DNA of 50,493 nt from a virus. Taxonomy: Duplodnaviria > Caudoviricetes. Below, piece after piece: positions 8,172 through 16,997 of this stretch; position 1 is the stretch's first letter, and every line of letters starts with the position of its first letter. Where the stretch lies: positions 1 to 50,493 of IMG/VR virus record IMGVR_UViG_3300035661_000090; one strand, given 5' to 3'. The position numbers were made by a program, and so were the translations under genes. Below the pieces are notes generated by a model, which saw only the letters and a list, made by a program, of their open reading frames with translations, made no database searches and was not told the DNA's origin.

Positions 8172-8467
8172 AAACGATCAAAACGCAACGAACGGATCGC
8201 GAAAAGTCGCACCTGAGCAACGCCTCCGTAGCGACGGCAATCATGATCCGAAAACATGCCAACGACTCGATGCGAGCAGATGGCTACCGCGTCGAGGTAG
8301 AGGCGCTTATCGGCGACAAATGGATAAGACATCACGAGCTTGAGGGATCGGATCGCATCGAGTCTTGGAGGTTTTTCGACACGACAGGTCGTCGAGGGAA
8401 AGAATTCACGACAATCGGCGAGATGGAAGCGGAGCGTGACCTGTGGATACAAACACTCCGGAGTTGA
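8168..8467 (+). CDS. Hypothetical early protein
   Basis: ATG at the same repeat position as the ATG at 5894. Confidence 0.8.
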   Translation: MKTIKTQRTDREKSHLSNASVATAIMIRKHANDSMRADGYRVEVEALIGDKWIRHHELEGSDRIESWRFFDTTGRRGKEFTTIGEMEAERDLWIQTLRS

Positions 8468-8498
8468 TCGCAACGCAACGCAGACGAACGACGCAACG

Positions 8499-8528
8499 AC
8501 GCCCAACCCGCAACGGTTGGGCGTTTTC
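8499..8528 (+). terminator. Rho-independent terminator
   Basis: ACGCCCAACC/GGTTGGGCGT stem followed by TTTC. Confidence 0.7.
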
Positions 8529-8849
8529 GCTTATACGGCGATTTAGCGCGTCCCCAGCCATCGGACGTCGATTCGTAGCTCCTGTCGGCTGAAAACGCGT
8601 TAGGACACACGAGAGCCCGGTTCAATCGCAGCCTAGCCGGGCGAGACGACAGAAAAAAATCTGTACGACTCGGCGACTGCTCGTCGTCGCGAGTGCGTTG
8701 ACGGTGCTTGCGGCGGTGTTGGCGCAACGTCAAGCGGCTACACGAGAACCGGAGAAGGGGCTGCGTTGCTAATCGCGACGAGATCGCAAGAGCAAAATAA
8801 AATCGAGCAATCATAAAATCATTTTTTAAGTCCGTCGCGAATTTTTTAA

Positions 8850-8877
8850 TTGACGCCACCGAAAGTCGTGGTTGAAT
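8850..8877 (+). promoter_or_regulatory. Candidate promoter for the late (lysis/modification/structural) block
   Basis: TTGACG-16bp-TTGAAT with a TG extension, preceded by an AT-rich tract. Confidence 0.4.
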
Positions 8878-8927
8878 CGAAGTAGAGGCCCCACTCGTCG
8901 CGAAAAAATCGGCACAAGAATTCGATT

Positions 8928-9332
8928 ATGAAACGCGAAAACATCAATACGTCTTTACTAACGATTGCGGTCGTTGTCGTTATCGGCGTTCAACTCGGCG
9001 TTATTCATCCAGTCGGATCGTCGTCAAATGATCGTGCTGTAAGCGTCGAATCGATCGACGGTGCAAAATATGCGAAAGCATTCAGGCCGAAGCTCTCCGC
9101 AGCGTTCGGCAAAGCTGCCTACGCGGTCAGCGAGGCGATAACGAAAGGTGAACGAGACGTCGAGAAGCTCCAAGAGCTATCCCGTGCGACGTTCGCGACC
9201 GAGAACCGCAAGGCGCTCGGCGAGGCGATCGGGAATCCCGTCGACGATGGATTTCTTCCGACGAAAGTCTCGCCCGAGTCGGCAAGTGCCGCTTGGAAGA
9301 AATTCGGCGATGAGATGATGAAAGGGCGATGA
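8928..9332 (+). CDS. Membrane-anchored hypothetical protein
   Basis: N-terminal hydrophobic helix LLTIAVVVVIGVQLGVI. Confidence 0.75.
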   Translation: MKRENINTSLLTIAVVVVIGVQLGVIHPVGSSSNDRAVSVESIDGAKYAKAFRPKLSAAFGKAAYAVSEAITKGERDVEKLQELSRATFATENRKALGEAIGNPVDDGFLPTKVSPESASAAWKKFGDEMMKGR

Positions 9333-9333
9333 T

Positions 9334-9552
9334 ATGTATAAAATGCTTTGTTGTACAAATGGTGGCCGAGCGATTGCTATCCGATTCATTGATATCCGCC
9401 AAATGCGGTCGGTGACATTAGGAACCATTATCGTGTTGGATCGAATGGGAGAGGAACTTTTTGTCGATCAGGATTACGCAACGGTCCTAGCATTGCATAA
9501 CGACTGGGCGAAACGAATCAGCGAGACACAAGGTTCGAATCATGGGAATTAA
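9334..9552 (+). CDS. Small hypothetical protein
   Basis: Fills the gap and overlaps the next start. Confidence 0.6.
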   Translation: MYKMLCCTNGGRAIAIRFIDIRQMRSVTLGTIIVLDRMGEELFVDQDYATVLALHNDWAKRISETQGSNHGN

Positions 9553-10519
9553 CGATCGTTTCCCGCTCGGATTCTCGGCGGAGTCGTCAACGCGTGCAAT
9601 GGCTCGCACCACGTTCGTGCGGACAGGATTTCGTTCCGCCGATCGAACGGTCAAGGCAATCTCACTCGCGAAATTCAAGCTGCGACCGCTTGAGCAATTA
9701 GGGTTCGGAACGTGTTGGGAACACTCGGGGATCGCGCTCACCGAGATCCTGATGGGCGTGAACAAGTATGATCAATTCCCGATCTGTCGAAACCTCGTTG
9801 GATACGCAGGCAAGAAGCTCGACAACGACGGACGCAACCCCGACGACGGCGGAAGCGCGTTGAACGCGTTGCTGGCGATGTCGGATAAAGCAGACGTCGG
9901 CATTGCACACGAAACAATTTGGCCCTACCCCGACGATCTCGGGAAACGCGCGATGCAAGGCGACGCGTCCGCACTCGCGGCCGGACGTCGTTTGCTCGCC
10001 GCTCCGCCGTCTCAGGATGTCTTGATTGACGCAAAACCTTATCGACTGACCGAGATCGCAAAGGTTGCGATCGACAGCGATGAGGAAGCAAAATCGAACC
10101 TTGCGAACGGGCACCCGAACACGGTCGGAATGTGGTGGGCTTATACGCTCGACCGCCCCGAAGACGCGACGGGCGGTTGCTTGTTTTCGACGTATCGCCG
10201 CAGTGACGGATCGTATGGGCATGCCTTGACTGAGATTGGGTTCGTCGATCGTGGCGTGTGGCCTGACGATCTCGGCAAGTATGCATGGTTTCAAATCAGC
10301 AATTGGCACGGGCAAATCTATAAGCCCCTGCCGAAGAAGCTGGCGGACCTTGTCCCCGGATATAAGTCCGACACGTCGACGACGACGTCGGACTTCTGGA
10401 TCCGCGAGGACTTCTATCGCGACCTCCGAACTCGCGAGTATTGCGAGCGACAAACCGCCGCCGATGCGACGGGCTTTCGTCGTCGCCCGCAATTGATTAA
10501 CGGCTCGGACTTTATTTGA
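9542..10519 (+). CDS. Papain-like (C1 family) cysteine peptidase
   Basis: QLGFGTCW (oxyanion Q + catalytic C), DDGG, WPY, GHALTEIG (His), ISNWHG (Asn). Confidence 0.8.
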   Translation: MGINDRFPLGFSAESSTRAMARTTFVRTGFRSADRTVKAISLAKFKLRPLEQLGFGTCWEHSGIALTEILMGVNKYDQFPICRNLVGYAGKKLDNDGRNPDDGGSALNALLAMSDKADVGIAHETIWPYPDDLGKRAMQGDASALAAGRRLLAAPPSQDVLIDAKPYRLTEIAKVAIDSDEEAKSNLANGHPNTVGMWWAYTLDRPEDATGGCLFSTYRRSDGSYGHALTEIGFVDRGVWPDDLGKYAWFQISNWHGQIYKPLPKKLADLVPGYKSDTSTTTSDFWIREDFYRDLRTREYCERQTAADATGFRRRPQLINGSDFI

Positions 10520-10555
10520 GACGAGCCACACCACCTTTTTGAGGAGAGCATCTGT

Positions 10556-11275
10556 ATGCGTGAAGTCATATTTGCGAAAGTTGCGGCCAAGTTCTTTCTA
10601 GGCCTTGCTTTCGGCTGTCTCTGTTTTTTGCCGGGTGTGCTCGCGGGTCGCACGTGGCAAGAGTCCAGCAAGAGCCAGCCCGCCGCGATGAGCGATTCCT
10701 CTTTTATCGGCGACGAGAAATCGGAACGCCTTGTCGGGGCTACGCTCGCGATTGATTCGACGGTCCCGATCGACGAGGAGCGAATTCCGCGAGCTATGAT
10801 CGACCCGCCGACAATCGAGTCGACTCCGAACCCGCTCCCGAGTCAAATCGAAACGTTGCCCCCTGCCCCGCCCGAAATCACGAAGCCCGAGCCGCCACAA
10901 CGGCGTCCGTTCAGACTCGACACGAAGCCGCTCAAGACGTCGCATGCGATCGGGTTCAAGTCGATCGCGTTGACTAGTAGCGAGACGCTCGGAGAAGCGT
11001 GTTGCGAATCGTGTCGTGAGGCAGCGGCGACGGCGAGGAAAACACTCGACCTCCTGACGGTGCGAGAGGCCAAGACGACGAGGAGCGTATATCAGGCGAC
11101 GCCGCCACCCGTGACGTATACCACGCCTACAGTCACCTATTCGGCATCGCCGCCTGTTACGTACAGCGTTCCGACATACACCGGATCATTCTCGGCGGAT
11201 TGTCCAAGCGGATCTTGCTCGACGTCGTTCGTCAATTCGAGGCCGGGACTCCTCGCCCGAATCTTCGGGCGTTAA
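10556..11275 (+). CDS. Exported/membrane Pro-rich protein ending in a CPSGSC...GLLARIFGR tail
   Basis: Signal/TM segment at the N-terminus, P/T-rich linkers, C-terminal Cys pair. Confidence 0.7.
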   Translation: MREVIFAKVAAKFFLGLAFGCLCFLPGVLAGRTWQESSKSQPAAMSDSSFIGDEKSERLVGATLAIDSTVPIDEERIPRAMIDPPTIESTPNPLPSQIETLPPAPPEITKPEPPQRRPFRLDTKPLKTSHAIGFKSIALTSSETLGEACCESCREAAATARKTLDLLTVREAKTTRSVYQATPPPVTYTTPTVTYSASPPVTYSVPTYTGSFSADCPSGSCSTSFVNSRPGLLARIFGR

Positions 11276-11284
11276 AGGCCGAGT

Positions 11285-11728
11285 ATGTCGTCACTCGTTG
11301 ATTGGTTGGCAAACATCATTTTGCGAGCGATCGGATCAAGACCGATCGCTCGTTTGTCAGGAGTTGAAAAAGTGAAAGTGCTCGATTTGATTCACAAGAC
11401 AGAAATCGCGCATGATTTCGCGGACGCAAAACAACAGGAGGCCGATTCGCTCGCCGCGATTGCGAAACAGGCACGACTCAACGCGTTGTCGATTGAAGGC
11501 CAACTCGCGGGCGCACTATTCAAAGTCGGCACCGTATACGCGACGCGTTCCGACGGAACCGTTGTTCTGTACGAGGCGACATCCCCAACGCTGATCACGG
11601 TCAAGACATTTAACGACGCCTCAACGCTCGACGTCCCAGACGACTCGACGTCGCCCGTAATCCCGCCTACGGACGTTTCGCCGCCCTCTCCGGTCGTTCC
11701 CCCACCGTCGCCCGCTCCGATCGTATAA
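11285..11728 (+). CDS. Hypothetical protein, Pro-rich C-terminus
   Basis: Operon-like spacing. Confidence 0.7.
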   Translation: MSSLVDWLANIILRAIGSRPIARLSGVEKVKVLDLIHKTEIAHDFADAKQQEADSLAAIAKQARLNALSIEGQLAGALFKVGTVYATRSDGTVVLYEATSPTLITVKTFNDASTLDVPDDSTSPVIPPTDVSPPSPVVPPPSPAPIV

Positions 11729-11749
11729 CGACGACATGAGGCACTTGCG

Positions 11750-12226
11750 ATGACGATTCGCCTCGACGACGCCCTTCCTCGTGTGTACATCGAAGGCGTC
11801 GAGGCGTGGTGCGAGTTTGATTCGAGCGACGGGAACGCGATAAAGGCTTGCCCGAATTGTCGCCGCAGGAAATTCGACGACGAACGAAAGCACGGATTCT
11901 CGCGGCATTGTTTGCGATGTCATCGCGCGACAAATGACCCCGAGGATTGGTCGATTCCTGGTCCGTTGAGTCGTCTAGCATCTCAGGCGAGTCGCGAAGA
12001 AGCGAAACGAGAGTCAAAGCGAAAGGCTTGCGAGGCTGAAAAGCACGCCAAGCTATTAGGTCAAATCAAAGCGTATAAAGCTGCCACGAAGGCGGCGAAG
12101 CGCAAAGCAAAGTCAAAGCGGCAAGCCAATAAGGATTTGAAGCGGAAACGCCTTGCCGCAAAACAGACAGGAAAATCGGAATGTCCGAAGTCGAGACGAT
12201 CTTCAAAGCCGACGGGAAAGACCTAA
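11750..12226 (+). CDS. Zn-finger (CPNC/CLRC) protein with Lys/Arg-rich tail
   Basis: Two CxxC pairs; basic C-terminus. Confidence 0.6.
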   Translation: MTIRLDDALPRVYIEGVEAWCEFDSSDGNAIKACPNCRRRKFDDERKHGFSRHCLRCHRATNDPEDWSIPGPLSRLASQASREEAKRESKRKACEAEKHAKLLGQIKAYKAATKAAKRKAKSKRQANKDLKRKRLAAKQTGKSECPKSRRSSKPTGKT

Positions 12227-12540
12227 CCCCGCCGCTCGTTCCACCGGCAGACGAACGACGCTCAATCGTCGCGAGAATTCTGCTATTCCTCAAAACGTTC
12301 TTTGGTCCGACGCCGGGAACGATCCCAGGTTACACAACAATCTGGGATAAGTATCGGCAGATGATCACGTCGATGATCGTCGGCGGAATAACGCACGCCC
12401 TGCTTGTCGTTCTCCCGCTTGCGATTGCCGACGTGCAAATTGCATTCGGCCCGATTCTCGGTGGAGTCGTGGCGGCGTTTCTGACCTACGTCCTCGAAGG
12501 CATTCGACGAACGTTCCAAGACGGCACAAAATCGGCCTAA
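12181..12540 (+). CDS. Holin-like two-TM membrane protein
   Basis: Two hydrophobic helices and a charged C-terminus. Confidence 0.55.
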   Translation: MSEVETIFKADGKDLTPPLVPPADERRSIVARILLFLKTFFGPTPGTIPGYTTIWDKYRQMITSMIVGGITHALLVVLPLAIADVQIAFGPILGGVVAAFLTYVLEGIRRTFQDGTKSA

Positions 12541-12580
12541 AGTCCTGCTAGGCCAATTTTACGAAAGGCAGAAATAAACG

Positions 12581-12889
12581 ATGCAGGACGTTTCAAATCA
12601 CTTAGATTTAACCCATAGCGGCGAGCATTCGGTAAGCACCGCAACCCAATGGGTTATTTTCGTGGCTCTGGTAATTGGGCACGCAGTCGGCGAGCGTATC
12701 CACTGGTTTCTATCGTTTTTGGGACTTGGAGAAACCGCGAGCGTGGAAACCTTTTTTCGTTGCTTGTCGTATTTCGCCGTCGCCGTCTCGGGATTCTCGG
12801 CGGCTTACGTCACTTGGGAACCGCGAATCAAAACTTGGCGGGCTCGTCGTCGCGAATCGAGAGACGAACCGAAATCGGGAGCGCAATGA
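12581..12889 (+). CDS. Holin-like membrane protein
   Basis: Hydrophobic helices followed by basic RARRRE tail. Confidence 0.55.
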   Translation: MQDVSNHLDLTHSGEHSVSTATQWVIFVALVIGHAVGERIHWFLSFLGLGETASVETFFRCLSYFAVAVSGFSAAYVTWEPRIKTWRARRRESRDEPKSGAQ

Positions 12890-12890
12890 G

Positions 12891-13571
12891 ATGGCACGCA
12901 AGCAAACTGAGAAGGCCGATCAAATCCGGATAGAATATGTCGATATCGACACGGTCGCATTCTGGGACAAGAATCCCAAGCTTCACGATGAGCAAGGAAT
13001 TCGTGATTCGATCACGCGATACGGATTTCGGGACGCGGCGATATTCGACTCAACGCTCGGGGCGCTTGTCGCGGGCAACGGGCGGATGCGAATCGCTCAG
13101 GCAATGAAGGCCGAGGGACTTCCTGCTCCTCGGGGAATCGTCGTCGAGGGCGACCGCTGGCTCGTTCCGGTCCAGAAGGGCGTTGACGCAACGACAACGA
13201 GCGAGGCCGCGGCGTTTGCGATCGATCACAACAACCTAACGGTCGGACCCGCGTTGACGCCTATCGAAACGGCGAGATTATGGGACCCCGAGAATTATCT
13301 CGTCGTCCTCGACGAATTATCGCATGTCGACTCGCTGCCGATTACCTTGGATCAAATGACGATCGAAACGCTCGCCGAGAATCTCGGAAGCAAATTGATC
13401 GACGACGTGAAGGAAGGCGAATCGACGCCACCCGATGATTTCAAAGCGTACGACGAGACGATTGCGACCCTCTACCAATGTCCTCAGTGTGCGTATCGAT
13501 GGAGCGGAAAAGCGAATAACGATGCCACAAATCAAACCCCCGTACAAAGTTCCGACGCTCAAGGAAATTGA
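12891..13571 (+). CDS. ParB/Srx-like N-terminal domain protein with C-terminal Zn ribbon
   Basis: WDKNPKLHD...IRDSITRYGF...LVAGNGR ParB-N motifs; YQCPQCAYRW; overlaps the methyltransferase start. Confidence 0.85.
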   Translation: MARKQTEKADQIRIEYVDIDTVAFWDKNPKLHDEQGIRDSITRYGFRDAAIFDSTLGALVAGNGRMRIAQAMKAEGLPAPRGIVVEGDRWLVPVQKGVDATTTSEAAAFAIDHNNLTVGPALTPIETARLWDPENYLVVLDELSHVDSLPITLDQMTIETLAENLGSKLIDDVKEGESTPPDDFKAYDETIATLYQCPQCAYRWSGKANNDATNQTPVQSSDAQGN

Positions 13572-14682
13572 GCAGATACCAAAAAACGGGTTCCTTGCTG
13601 CGTCAACGTTCTCAGGGTGCGGTGGCTCGTGTCTCGGGTATCGCATGGCGGGCTTTAACGTAGCCTGGGCAAGCGAATTCATTCCCGCCGCTCAGGAAAC
13701 GTATCGTGCAAATCATCACGACACGATTCTCGACACTCGCGATATTCGCAAAGTCGATCCCGACTCGATTCTGCAGGCGATGAAAATCGAAAAGGGGCAG
13801 CTCGACTTGTTCGATGGATCGCCTCCGTGTGCCTCATTCTCCACAGCGGGAAAGCGCGAGGCCGGATGGGGCGAAACGAAAAAATACAGCGACACAAAAC
13901 AGCGAACCGACGACCTGTTTTTTGAGTACGCTCGAATCCTTCGCGGGCTTATGCCGAAAGTGTTTGTAGCCGAAAACGTCTCGGGGCTCATTAAGGGAAC
14001 GGCAAAAGGCTATTTCCTACAGATTCTAAAGGCGTTGAAAGAGTCGGGATATCGTGTTGAGGCGAGACTACTTGATGCCCAATGGCTCGGCGTACCTCAG
14101 GCGAGACAACGACTCATTTTCATGGGCGTCCGAAACGACATCGGCCTCTCGCCAATCTTCCCGAAACCACTACCTTATCAATACACCGTTCGCGATGCGA
14201 TCCCGTGGATTAAGAAAGTCGCCGTTGCAAATAACGTTTTCGCCGGATCGTCTCGACCGTCGAAAACGATCCTTGCCATTCAAGGCCTTTTAACGAAGTC
14301 AACACTCACGGGCGAATCTATGGGCGAGGTCGAGGCCGAATGCGACATCACGCGATTCGCAATCGGGAAAGAGTACGACCGAATGGGGAGCACTCTGAAA
14401 AGCGACAAATACTTCAATCTGGTAAAGCCAAACATCAATAAGGCTTGTCCGACGATTTTAGCAGAAGGTGGGAACACTGGCGCGGCAGGCGTCGTACATC
14501 CGACTGAGCGGCGAAAATTCAGCATTGCCGAACTTAAACGCGTCTGCGGATTTCCCGACGATTTCATACTCACGGGAACCTTTGCTCAACAGTGGGAACG
14601 ACTCGGGCGAGCCGTGCCGCCCGTGATGATGGCGGCGATCGCAATAACCGTGCGAGACGAGATTCTATGCAAGATAAAGTGA
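13522..14682 (+). CDS. C5-cytosine DNA methyltransferase-family enzyme, predicted carboxymethyltransferase
   Basis: Motifs I FSGCGG, IV GSPPCASFS, VI ENVSG, VIII PQARQR, IX RKFSIAELKRVCGFP; motif X reads LGRAVPP instead of GN(A/S)V. Confidence 0.92.
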   Translation: MPQIKPPYKVPTLKEIEQIPKNGFLAASTFSGCGGSCLGYRMAGFNVAWASEFIPAAQETYRANHHDTILDTRDIRKVDPDSILQAMKIEKGQLDLFDGSPPCASFSTAGKREAGWGETKKYSDTKQRTDDLFFEYARILRGLMPKVFVAENVSGLIKGTAKGYFLQILKALKESGYRVEARLLDAQWLGVPQARQRLIFMGVRNDIGLSPIFPKPLPYQYTVRDAIPWIKKVAVANNVFAGSSRPSKTILAIQGLLTKSTLTGESMGEVEAECDITRFAIGKEYDRMGSTLKSDKYFNLVKPNINKACPTILAEGGNTGAAGVVHPTERRKFSIAELKRVCGFPDDFILTGTFAQQWERLGRAVPPVMMAAIAITVRDEILCKIK

Positions 14683-15383
14683 TGCCCACCGGGGCGTGGG
14701 AATTCGACGAAAACGTCACCGCGTGTTTTGACGACATGCTATCGCGTTCGATTCCCGATTATGAGGAAATGCGATCGCTAGTCCTACGAGTCGGAACCGA
14801 ATTCGTTCAACACCGAACCGAAATCGTCGACCTCGGTTGCTCGCGAGGCGCGGGCCTTGAACCGTTCGTCCGAAAGTTCGGAGCGTTTAATCATTACATC
14901 GGCGTCGAAATCTCGCCGCCAATGCTCGCCGCGAGCCGCGAACGATTCGCGGGCCTCGTCGAACGGAACATAGTCGACATTCAATCGATCGACCTAAGGC
15001 ACGAGTATCCTCCCGTCGCTGCGTCGTTGACGCTCTGCTGCTTGACGCTCCAGTTCACGCCGATTGAGTATCGACAGCAAATCCTCAAATCTATCTTCCG
15101 GTCGACACTGCCGGGCGGAGCGCTGATTCTCGTCGAAAAAATTATCGGCTGCTCAGCAGAAATCGACAGTATCCTCGTGAAGCTACACCTTCGGCACAAG
15201 GAGGATAACGGCTATAGTAAAGATGCAATCGATCGCAAGCGTTTATCGCTCGAAGGCGTCCTCGTTCCTATCACGGCGGCGTGGAATGAACAGCTAGTTC
15301 GAACGGCGGGATTCTCGCAAGTCGAAATGGTTTGGAGGAATCTCAATTTTGCCGCTTGGGTCGCTGTCCGCAACGAAGTGTGA
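14667..15383 (+). CDS. cmoA: CmoA-like carboxy-S-adenosylmethionine synthase
   Basis: WEFDENVTACFDDMLSRSIPDY, DLGCSRG, LTLQF, PGGALILVEK, KRLSLEGVL and AGF...NF all parallel CmoA. Alternative start 14682 via TGATG overlap. Confidence 0.85.
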   Translation: MQDKVMPTGAWEFDENVTACFDDMLSRSIPDYEEMRSLVLRVGTEFVQHRTEIVDLGCSRGAGLEPFVRKFGAFNHYIGVEISPPMLAASRERFAGLVERNIVDIQSIDLRHEYPPVAASLTLCCLTLQFTPIEYRQQILKSIFRSTLPGGALILVEKIIGCSAEIDSILVKLHLRHKEDNGYSKDAIDRKRLSLEGVLVPITAAWNEQLVRTAGFSQVEMVWRNLNFAAWVAVRNEV

Positions 15384-15441
15384 TAAGGATGTCCAAGGAT
15401 CGCAAGTATATAACACGGTAACAATTTCGCGAGCGTAATCA

Positions 15442-15702
15442 ATGAGCAACCCGATGAAACGATTCGCGAACGACGTTAACGCCCGTTTTCGCTTGAATAC
15501 GAACGAAGTCAACGGATTCGAGGAAGTGCCTCTCGAATCGCAACCGGCGTTAAAGCCGCGAGAATCGCCTGTGTGCTTCGGGTGCGGGCATTCGTGGTCG
15601 AATCATGGGGGAGACTTCGGGTGTCGTTCTAGGACGGTTCACGGCGATTCTGTCGGGTTGCCTTGCGGTTGCATGAACCCGGTTCCGGCGAACGAATCAT
15701 GA
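15442..15702 (+). CDS. Small Cys/His Zn-binding protein
   Basis: CFGCGHSWSNH...C...CGC. Confidence 0.65.
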   Translation: MSNPMKRFANDVNARFRLNTNEVNGFEEVPLESQPALKPRESPVCFGCGHSWSNHGGDFGCRSRTVHGDSVGLPCGCMNPVPANES

Positions 15703-16070
15703 CACAATTGCAGAGATCAGCGATCGACATCGAGCTTGCCGACCGAATCACGAACGAACTCGGCCCCAAGCTCAAGGAGATCGCACGGGACGACGAGGCG
15801 TCGCTCGTTGCGATCGTCGAGCAAGAAGTCGGGCATCTTGCCGCAAATGCAACTCATCTCGTGATGCCATTTGTGCTTGCGGTCATTCCGTGGCTCGTTC
15901 GGCAGTCCGGACGAATCGCCCTCGAGCGGTACGGCGATGCGACGGTCCGCGAAATCGCTTCGCACGCCTGGGAAATCGGCGAGCGAAAGCACGACGAGGC
16001 GGACAAACGATCAAACGGTGGTGGCGGGTCGTTTGCCAGCGCAAGCCCGCGAGACAACAGCGGCGAGTAA
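15699..16070 (+). CDS. Hypothetical protein with hydrophobic segment
   Basis: ATGA overlap with the upstream gene. Confidence 0.65.
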   Translation: MTQLQRSAIDIELADRITNELGPKLKEIARDDEASLVAIVEQEVGHLAANATHLVMPFVLAVIPWLVRQSGRIALERYGDATVREIASHAWEIGERKHDEADKRSNGGGGSFASASPRDNSGE

Positions 16071-16074
16071 TCAC

Positions 16075-16695
16075 GTGCCAAAACCCTGGGAGCGACGACC
16101 CGAAGAATCCGCCGCTGCCTTCAGGGCCGCACAGACGTACTTTAACCTCGGGCCTAGTCGATCAATCGACGCCGTAGCCGCGTTATTAACCCGGCAAGGA
16201 AAAGGCAAGGATCAGGCAAGGAAAGGCAAAACGGCGTGCGGCAGCTTTACTAAATGGTCAGCTACGCATAAATGGCGAGAACGAGCAGCGGCGTGGGACG
16301 CCCATCTCGACGCCCTCCAGGTCGCCGCGAACGAGAACGCCGCGAGGGTGAAAGCGGCTCAGCGGGCGGATGCGGCAATCCAACGACACGAGTTTGACCT
16401 TGAGGCAACATGGAATTTAAGGCATCTCGTTTTGCTTGAAATTCAGTCGCTGTTAAAGACGAAGGCGAACGGGAAGGAGATCGGACTCTCGCATCTTTCG
16501 CAGTTGATCACGAACTTTAACAACACGAAAACGGCTCGGGATATTTATTTCGGTACGGTACTTCCTTCGCCTTCTCAGTCGACAACGAACGGGTCGGAAG
16601 CTAACGCGACGAGCAAAGCGATTGCCGTAACGACGGAAGAGCAAGAGGCGGCATTCAAAGCGATATCCGAAATGAGAGCGAAGAAAACGAAATGA
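16075..16695 (+). CDS. Probable terminase small subunit
   Basis: PWERRPEESAAAF...Y..LG..RS...WS..HKW.ERA.AWD pattern; position upstream of TerL. GTG start inferred. Confidence 0.7.
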   Translation: MPKPWERRPEESAAAFRAAQTYFNLGPSRSIDAVAALLTRQGKGKDQARKGKTACGSFTKWSATHKWRERAAAWDAHLDALQVAANENAARVKAAQRADAAIQRHEFDLEATWNLRHLVLLEIQSLLKTKANGKEIGLSHLSQLITNFNNTKTARDIYFGTVLPSPSQSTTNGSEANATSKAIAVTTEEQEAAFKAISEMRAKKTK

Positions 16696-16991
16696 GCACT
16701 CCCCGGAACCGATTGATTGCCGCAGCGAACGATCGGTCGACGCGGTACATATTCGACTGCCCGGCGTGCAATTCGCGGCACTGGTTTACGGTTCGTAACG
16801 ATCGCAGCGATCCCTCGTGGACGTTCGACGGGGACCTCGTTCGGCCGACCGTCGATCAGGCGATACACACGAGGAATCAATACATCTGCATATTGCGAAT
16901 CGCTCGCGGTCGCATTACGTATCTTGATGGATCGACCCACGAAATGAGAGGGCAAACAATCGAGATGCCAACACCCGAGCCGATGCGGTAG
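16692..16991 (+). CDS. Second DUF6527-like protein
   Basis: CPACxxxH...WTFDGDxxRPT...GRITYLDGSTHEMRGQT parallels 2885..3229. Confidence 0.65.
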   Translation: MSTPRNRLIAAANDRSTRYIFDCPACNSRHWFTVRNDRSDPSWTFDGDLVRPTVDQAIHTRNQYICILRIARGRITYLDGSTHEMRGQTIEMPTPEPMR

Positions 16992-16997
16992 GCAATC

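Noticed and set aside
14667-15383. Interpretation as an ordinary tRNA methyltransferase or auxiliary metabolic gene
   Set aside because: There are no tRNAs or CmoB. Coupling to an Arg-variant DNA MTase gives a more specific explanation, though it is unproven.
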